A stretch of 62,172 bases of DNA, counting the filler, from Choristocarpus tenellus KU-1152 (lineage: Eukaryota; Protista; Phaeophyceae), in assembly GCA_964200185.2 (NCBI GenBank). It is 8 parts of 8 records of this genome, joined end to end, with 100 filler letters (N's around TTAATTAATTAA, not from the genome) between each part and the next. Parts side by side here need not be neighbours in the genome. Positions count along the whole stretch, not along the records: positions 50,899 to 55,925 come from CAXNAD020012122.1; positions 56,026 to 62,172 come from CAXNAD020008830.1; 6 more parts are not named here. One strand, given 5' to 3'. Positions 55,889 through 62,172 of the stretch are shown in pieces. The notes beneath the pieces were generated by a model that saw only the letters and a program-made list of their open reading frames with translations, was not told where the DNA came from and searched no databases. Made by a program: the position numbers and the translations under genes. Within the stretch, counting starts at the first letter, position 1. Every line of letters begins with the position of its first letter.

Positions 55889-55925
<37 letters not shown>

Positions 55926-57040
55926 NNNNNNNNNNNNNNNNNNNNNNNNNNNNNNNNNNNNNNNNNNNNTTAATTAATTAANNNNNNNNNNNNNNNNNNN
56001 NNNNNNNNNNNNNNNNNNNNNNNNNATAGAATGTTGTCAAGGTGAAGAGTATGCCCCCCCCCCCTCCCCCCCCCACATTTTATTCCAAAAATGACTTCCA
56101 AGATTTCCTATTAACATCATTCCTCTATACTGTCCATGAGGACATCTGTCTCAACCTGATGAAGATATAGCATACGATAGCATTGATTTTCTCAATTTTG
56201 TATGTGTTGGTTATCTCATTGGTATATCGTGTGAATATTGTCCTATACACTGTCCTGTTGCATCCCCTACTGAAAACACTTTCTCCATATATATATTTTT
56301 TAATGAAATGCCCACACCAGATAACAAAATACTAATCTTGGAAGAATGAATACTATTATCCCAAGTAAAAATGAAGAGGAGGATAACGCACATAGACATA
56401 AACAATCACTACCTGTTAAAGACAAAATAATGAAAATTAACCATCAGAAAGGAAGTAACCGCTGTAGCAACACACACTGCACATCACGTTTGAAATACAA
56501 TAAAAATAAGCAAGAGTCATCATGCAACGTCAACATTACTGTTCTCATTATTGAGTATACTTGACGTAAGGGATGCTGCACAAAGTGTGTGTGTCAAACA
56601 CTATTTTAGCATTGTCGCTATTTGGTGGAAAGAGGGAAGTGAGGCTAAAGAAAAGTTCTAAAACATATCTCACCTCTAGAATTTTCTGGTTTTTGTATTT
56701 TCCGATAGTGAGGTGCCGCTAATCAGTAGATGCAATTAACATTATCTTCAGATTAATGTTACCCAGAATCATGGTGTCCATTTAAGCTACGTTAGAGTCA
56801 GATGTGACACATTAACTGCACTTCACTTACAAAATAAAAATAGTTAAAGGACTCTTTTCAGCTTGAAATAGGACTTATCCATAGTACGGTACAACACAAC
56901 ATAATGTTAAAAAGAAAAAATAATCAAAGAAAAAAAATTGCCAGTCTGTATCACCACGGTTGAAATTCAATTCAAATTAAAAAATAAAAATAAAAATCCT
57001 ATCATATAAAATACATGTTTAATAATTTTTATTATCTTGC

Positions 57041-57145
57041 TTCAGTTGAGGTGTTGGTGAAGCGTGCTGTGACAATGGTGGAGTTGTTCCCATCTTCTGA
57101 CTTGGTCAAAATATAATCCACCTTCATTCCATTCTTATCAAACGC
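57041..57145 (-). CDS. Exon encoding the start of a gamma-adaptin ear (GAE) domain, probably AP-1 gamma subunit
   Basis: TAG acceptor, then AFDKNGMKVDYILTKSEDGNNSTIVTARFTNTSTE, resembling the GAE pattern AF.k.glki.f...k......t.i.a.F.N. Only a GC donor (GAA|GCAAGA) is available at its end. Confidence 0.7.
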
Positions 57146-58465
57146 CTACAGGTATAATAGCAGGTTGTCAAAATAATACATCAAGAGGGGCCAGGATGCA
57201 ATCAATTGCAGGAGGGGTAGGAAGGATGATGAGGAGAGGAGAGGAGAGGGAGGAAATGGCTTCAAAAGGAAAACAAAACTAGAAAGAGACCTCAAAAAGA
57301 GGTTTCAAAACAAGCGGCAACAGTCCACACTGAAAGGCAACAACATTTACTCTCTTACAGAGACACATGAGAAATAAAGCTGGTCAAATTGATTAAAATA
57401 GAGTTTATGCACAACCACTATCGCACATCAAAGCCCTAGCCCTAACCTTGAAAAAATAAAATGCTTTGAGCAGCATTTCAACCCCCTCAAATGATTCTAC
57501 CCAATGAAGTAAAATATTCTAATTGACAAAAAATCAAACATTACCACCAACCAGGTCCTGGGGGATTGACAGATCGGCATGATGTTAAAAGGTATTCCAA
57601 CAGTATACACACATACCAATGGCAGTATAAAATCAACACTTCATATCATCATTATAAGTTCCTTTCACAGTTAGTCACATTGTTTCCACCAACTCATATC
57701 AATAATACTCCTACTTCCCTGATTCTATCAAAAGGGACTATAAATAAAAAATACCAACCACAAAAAAAACACACTCTCTTACGACTCTCTTTAATTATCT
57801 TGCTTCCTGTATGTTAGGTTCAGTCATCCCACCACATGTTACTCCATCTCCTATCTTGTATTGGACTAACAGCCTTGGCATCACTTGCCAGTGAACAGTT
57901 ACCCCCTCCTCCTTAGTTCATTTCATTTTTGGAGGTATAGGAACAGAGATATACTATGTTTAGGATAGACATATACTGTACTTAGTATAGATAGTGCAGG
58001 TACACAATGTACAATATAGTGCAGGTGCTTGTTACATGGAATTGGATCCTTTTCACAACTCCTTCTAGCCTCTGCCAACCATCACAAGTGAAGAACGTTC
58101 CTCCCATATCCTCCCTCCACTCTGGTTCCACCTCCTTTATCTGATGGTTTTGCATGGTCTCCATAGCAGACTCTCCGCTTCCACCCCTTTTGATCTGTTT
58201 TACATGATCTAGCACTTCGTCCAGGACTATTGTACTCAAGAGCAAATAAATCATCAACCCCTGCACACTTCACCATGCTGTAGTTTTTTTTGCTTATTTT
58301 GTTTTTGGTGTGTTAGACCTTACCCCTATTTAATGTTTATAGCATGTACGCCATTGAGGATCATCCAGCAGTTCATTCTGTACTGTGTCTCTTAAGAATA
58401 TTTTGTGCCATCTTCAGCAAGAAAATAAAATGTATGAAATACAATAAGTGGGAAATGATCCCTAC

Positions 58466-61400
58466 CTGCTACTTTCCTGTGTAGGGCATGTTGATAGGTC
58501 GGTCGGTCCCCCCAGGTAGTGATCCAGGAGGGAATGCCTTGCCCTGCCCTCAAGGAACATAAGCGTGGTGTTGTGCTTTGCCATTATCTTCACGAAGAGT
58601 TGGTTTGGATTGTTTGTTTTGGTGAGATGGGGTGAGTGGTATACAAATAGCACATATTTTGAAGTTGTACCTTTGGGGGAAGAATATTAGAAAGTCATCT
58701 TACCCAACAGAGTTATAAACATGTGTGTACACAATTTTTAGTTAGTTCAGGAGGGGAAGAGGGGGGAATTAGCCAGTGTTTGAGTTTGAAGGAGTGGCCT
58801 TAGGAGCTCTTAGACCACCACATTTCAGCATAAGAACCCAGAACACATCTTGGGTGGTTGGAAGAAAAGGAATCCACCTTCCTCTCCCCTTCCCCCTCAC
58901 CTTGCCTTCTTCTGTATTGATCCCATATGCCTCTCAGACCCTTCAATCATGCCCCCATTCTTCTCGAATCTCCACACCTTTCTAGGGTATGGAACCCATA
59001 AATCCTTTCAACAACTGCTCCAAGGTGAAAATAGGCTACAGTACATACAATGACTCCAGGGGTTGAATGACGGATAAGGTACAAAAAAACATAATTTGTG
59101 AACATGCATGTGTATGTGTGTATGTGTGTGTTGGCCTTCATGAAGTTGTTGGGGGGTGGGGGTGGATCTTCTCGTACTTGGATAAAGCCTTGCAAGATAA
59201 TGAGCAGTCTCTGCTTCTCTTAGAATGGCATATTGTTACACTGAGTGATGCTATTGTCGCGTCACAGGCAGTTTACAAGCACAACGCACAACACTCTTCT
59301 GGACCCATAGTACATGCTTCAATCATAAATTTAAGCAAGTCATATCCAGAATCGTTTCTGTTAACTGATGCACTGATTTCTCCACATTCCAGCAGGAGTC
59401 AGTTGGCTTCCCCCCAAATGATTCCATCACACCTTGCCCCTGTCTAAAAATATATTGTAGTCCACATGAAGCATACTGCACCGGTTGTAGCTAAAAACAA
59501 CCCCCCCACACAAAATTATCTTCCTTTTCAATATTCACTCACCCATAGCAGCCTCAAAGTACCTTCCCACCCAACATCACCTTCTCTCCCACAGGGGGGT
59601 GGGGGGGGGGAGGGGTATAAAAAATCCTTCTTATCATACCTCCTGGTAACCACCATTGTCAGTACCCTTCATTACCACAGCCGCATGCCTATCCAACATT
59701 ACCAGGGAGTCATTCCTGGCATAATAGTTGGCAGTGACAGCGATGCAGAACAGGAGGTGACAAGGGGGAGGAGAAAAATGAGGGGGAAGGGGCTGCTAAG
59801 AAGCGATCGATCATTGAACAACTCATTAATATTGTGCTCGACCTTATTAGGCAGGAAGGGACTTTTGAGAAGCAAGGTTAAAAAGGAAATGAAAGTTGCA
59901 CTGCAGTTATCCACTGAGTGTACAAATAATGGTACGCATGGTGCAGTCTAAATAGAATACGTGACAATTGGATCAGACACAATCAGACATGATCATATGC
60001 ACCAAAACTAAGAAAAAAACTGGTGCTATCTCAACTCTCTAACATATATAACATTACATATACTTCCAAGTATATCTTTTGCCTCATTACAAACTGACCT
60101 TTACTAGACTTGCTGAATGAATGGATTCGATAATGTAGTGACCTTACTTCACTACACTTGACTGGGGGGGCAAGCAAGCCTTGCACTATTTACACTAGTA
60201 TTACACTTTGGGTAACCTGGAGGGCTGTTGTAGCCCAGGTATAGCCTGCTGGATGGACACTTTGCATGAGCTGAAAGAAGATAACTGGCATGCATAGGCT
60301 GCAGACAACCAGATATGATAACGTGAGCCAGGTACGAGGGACTAACTATTGGCAACAATGGTTGGGTAGGGAACGGAAAACAAGCTGCATTAGAATTCAC
60401 GGGGTAAGGTAGGTATATTCCCTTTACAAGGACTTCACAGACACAGAGACCTAGCACTCAGTGAGTACAGGAGTACTGTACAGCACAATCAAACGAGTTC
60501 AAGTCCTTTGAAAGGCAAGGGTGGGCAAGGAACAAAACACACAAGTACAAAACCAGGGGTACAAAGAGGGCTTCAATATACAGCAGGCCAACAATGTTCA
60601 CATGAGAAATCAGACGATGTTGCTGACTATATAGTGAAAAAAAGAAAGGTCAGCAAGTTGGTATGATTGTGTGGTGATTATTGTGACAGCATGTAGACAA
60701 CATAACGTTTTTCATTTCTTTTATTAAGACACAAGAAAGCCGACCAAACCATGACCCTGCTTACAATCCTTGCGCGCAACTTTGTAAGTTCACACCTGCT
60801 CGTCCAGGAAAGTACATCCGAGTGAGGCTCCTCGCACCTCCAAAGGTAACAACAACGATTTGAGATGTCTGCCTGCATGACACACATTTGATCGCGGGCG
60901 ATCAATGAGCGATGAAAGGAGAAATCAGAACAGAAATATAACAACAGAACAGAGACAACACTTGCCTTCATCATCTCATGCATTTTTTCTTGAAAAGATG
61001 ATGACATACAATAGTATCACTCTTACCTCCTGCTGGGGTGATGTTTCGCTGCAAGATATGTAAGTAATGCACCTCCACTGTGAGCCAAGCGCAGCACCCT
61101 CCCCCTCGACCCCACATCTTCAACTGCCTTTGCGAGATGTTTTGCAAGGGCTAGAATATATTCAACAGAGGAAGGGGGGGATCAGGACAGGCACAGGAAG
61201 GGAATTGGTTGCAACAGAACGGTGCTGATATCTTTCACCTATCACAAGCTCCCAGTAGTACATAAGGAATTCAACAGCTGCCACAATATAAATTACCTTG
61301 CTTCCCTCAAACAATTGATGATATACATCATAAGAATGTACAGGAGTTTCTGCGGACAGACAGGGCAATGGGGTGGTTCTAGGCCAACATGATAGCAAAA

Positions 61401-61839
61401 CTCCGTCCTAGTTGTACCTACATTCAGCCGTGACCATACCATTCTTTACTGAGATAAAGGCAGTTTGGATAAATGATATGCACGGGATATATGTTGAAGG
61501 CCTTAGAAACGTGTATATGGAAAATGAGTGCCACCTCCTTGAGATTTGGGGTTAGAAGTGTTTCAATAATACAACAATGGTGTGAATAGTAACATAGGAA
61601 AAGGGTCTGTTTGCAAAATGAAGCAAACACCTAGCATCTAGCTACTGGCACAAAACGAGGAGAGAAAATGTGATAGCGCCGGCACACCACTTCCAACTGA
61701 TCATTCCATGACAGGATGCCATATAGTGGGGCTTCTCCTGTGCAACATTGTCGTTGGCTGATCTTCTCACGAGGTTGCACCCAGCCTTAGACGAATCGGT
61801 GATCCACCATTCGGAGGACGGGTTGTAAAACGCCCGAAC
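58466..61839 (-). pseudogene. Alpha/beta-hydrolase-like gene, apparently disabled (exons ~61839-61737, 61150-61027, 60872-~60796, ~58590-58466)
   Basis: Spliced reading gives VRAFYNPSS.WW..., ALAKHLAKAVEDVGSRGRVLRLAHSGGALLTYLAAKHH (nucleophile-elbow AHSGG), IVVVTFGGA and FLEGRARHSLLDHYLGGPT/YQHAL. A 4-bp insertion frameshifts the last exon, and the expected donor after 61737 is not GT. Confidence 0.65.
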
Positions 61840-62172
61840 CTGTCACAATTTGTACCAAATGTGTGTTACGCGCTTACAGTATCTACTGTTCGATTAGACT
61901 CTTCCAGCTCTATCGGACTGTCACGCGGACAGTTACAGAGTAACGGAACAATCAATTAGTGGTCGAGTTATCAGAACCTTTACTAGTGATTAGCTAAAGG
62001 AGAATCTTTCTCATAAAAGGAAATATTTCTGATATTATGGGGACTTGCATGCCCCTCCTAAATTTAAGCAATCACTATACAGACACCAAGCAATCTCGCC
62101 GGGTTTATCACCTTTACCCTCTTTGATGATTTTGGGGATACTTTAACACAATATGTTGAGACCTTAGGTTTT

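Noticed and set aside
53940-55925. Gly/Pro/Lys/Phe-rich ORFs
   Set aside because: They are translations of homopolymer runs next to N gaps, in low-quality sequence.
9395-56025. Recurrent TTAATTAATTAA motif, and apparent clustering of ENO, ASL and OGDH as a metabolic locus
   Set aside because: The motif is an assembly spacer. The genes are on separate concatenated contigs, so adjacency is not evidence of linkage.
59700-59795. Possible gamma-adaptin hinge exon on the minus strand
   Set aside because: A GT donor is present, but the acceptor and frame are ambiguous and the sequence is low-complexity.

Overview
Eukaryotic, intron-rich, repeat-rich genomic DNA, not prokaryotic. The window is eight contigs joined by an artificial 100-bp spacer (44 N + TTAATTAATTAA + 44 N), so neighbourhoods across spacers mean nothing. 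Interstitial TTAGGG repeats, long GT-AG introns and the gene sequences suggest a photosynthetic stramenopile, possibly a brown alga or relative (inference). Supported host genes are a 7-exon, 3'-truncated argininosuccinate lyase, the last exon of enolase, one exon of 2-oxoglutarate dehydrogenase E1 and one exon of a gamma-adaptin ear domain. There is also an intact orphan gene of at least 5 exons (~1160 aa, acidic, internally repeated), two multi-exon pseudogenes, and a decayed gene with Ulp1/C48-protease-like motifs. Mobile DNA includes Ty3/Gypsy pol remnants and two related non-autonomous TIR families. Family A has GAG...CTC termini and, in three copies, exact 4-bp TSDs, which fits Sola2-like transposons. 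I found no CRISPR array, RNA gene or clear new enzymatic system. The best novelty candidates are the Sola2-like MITE families, the orphan gene and the telomere repeats inserted into a MITE terminus.
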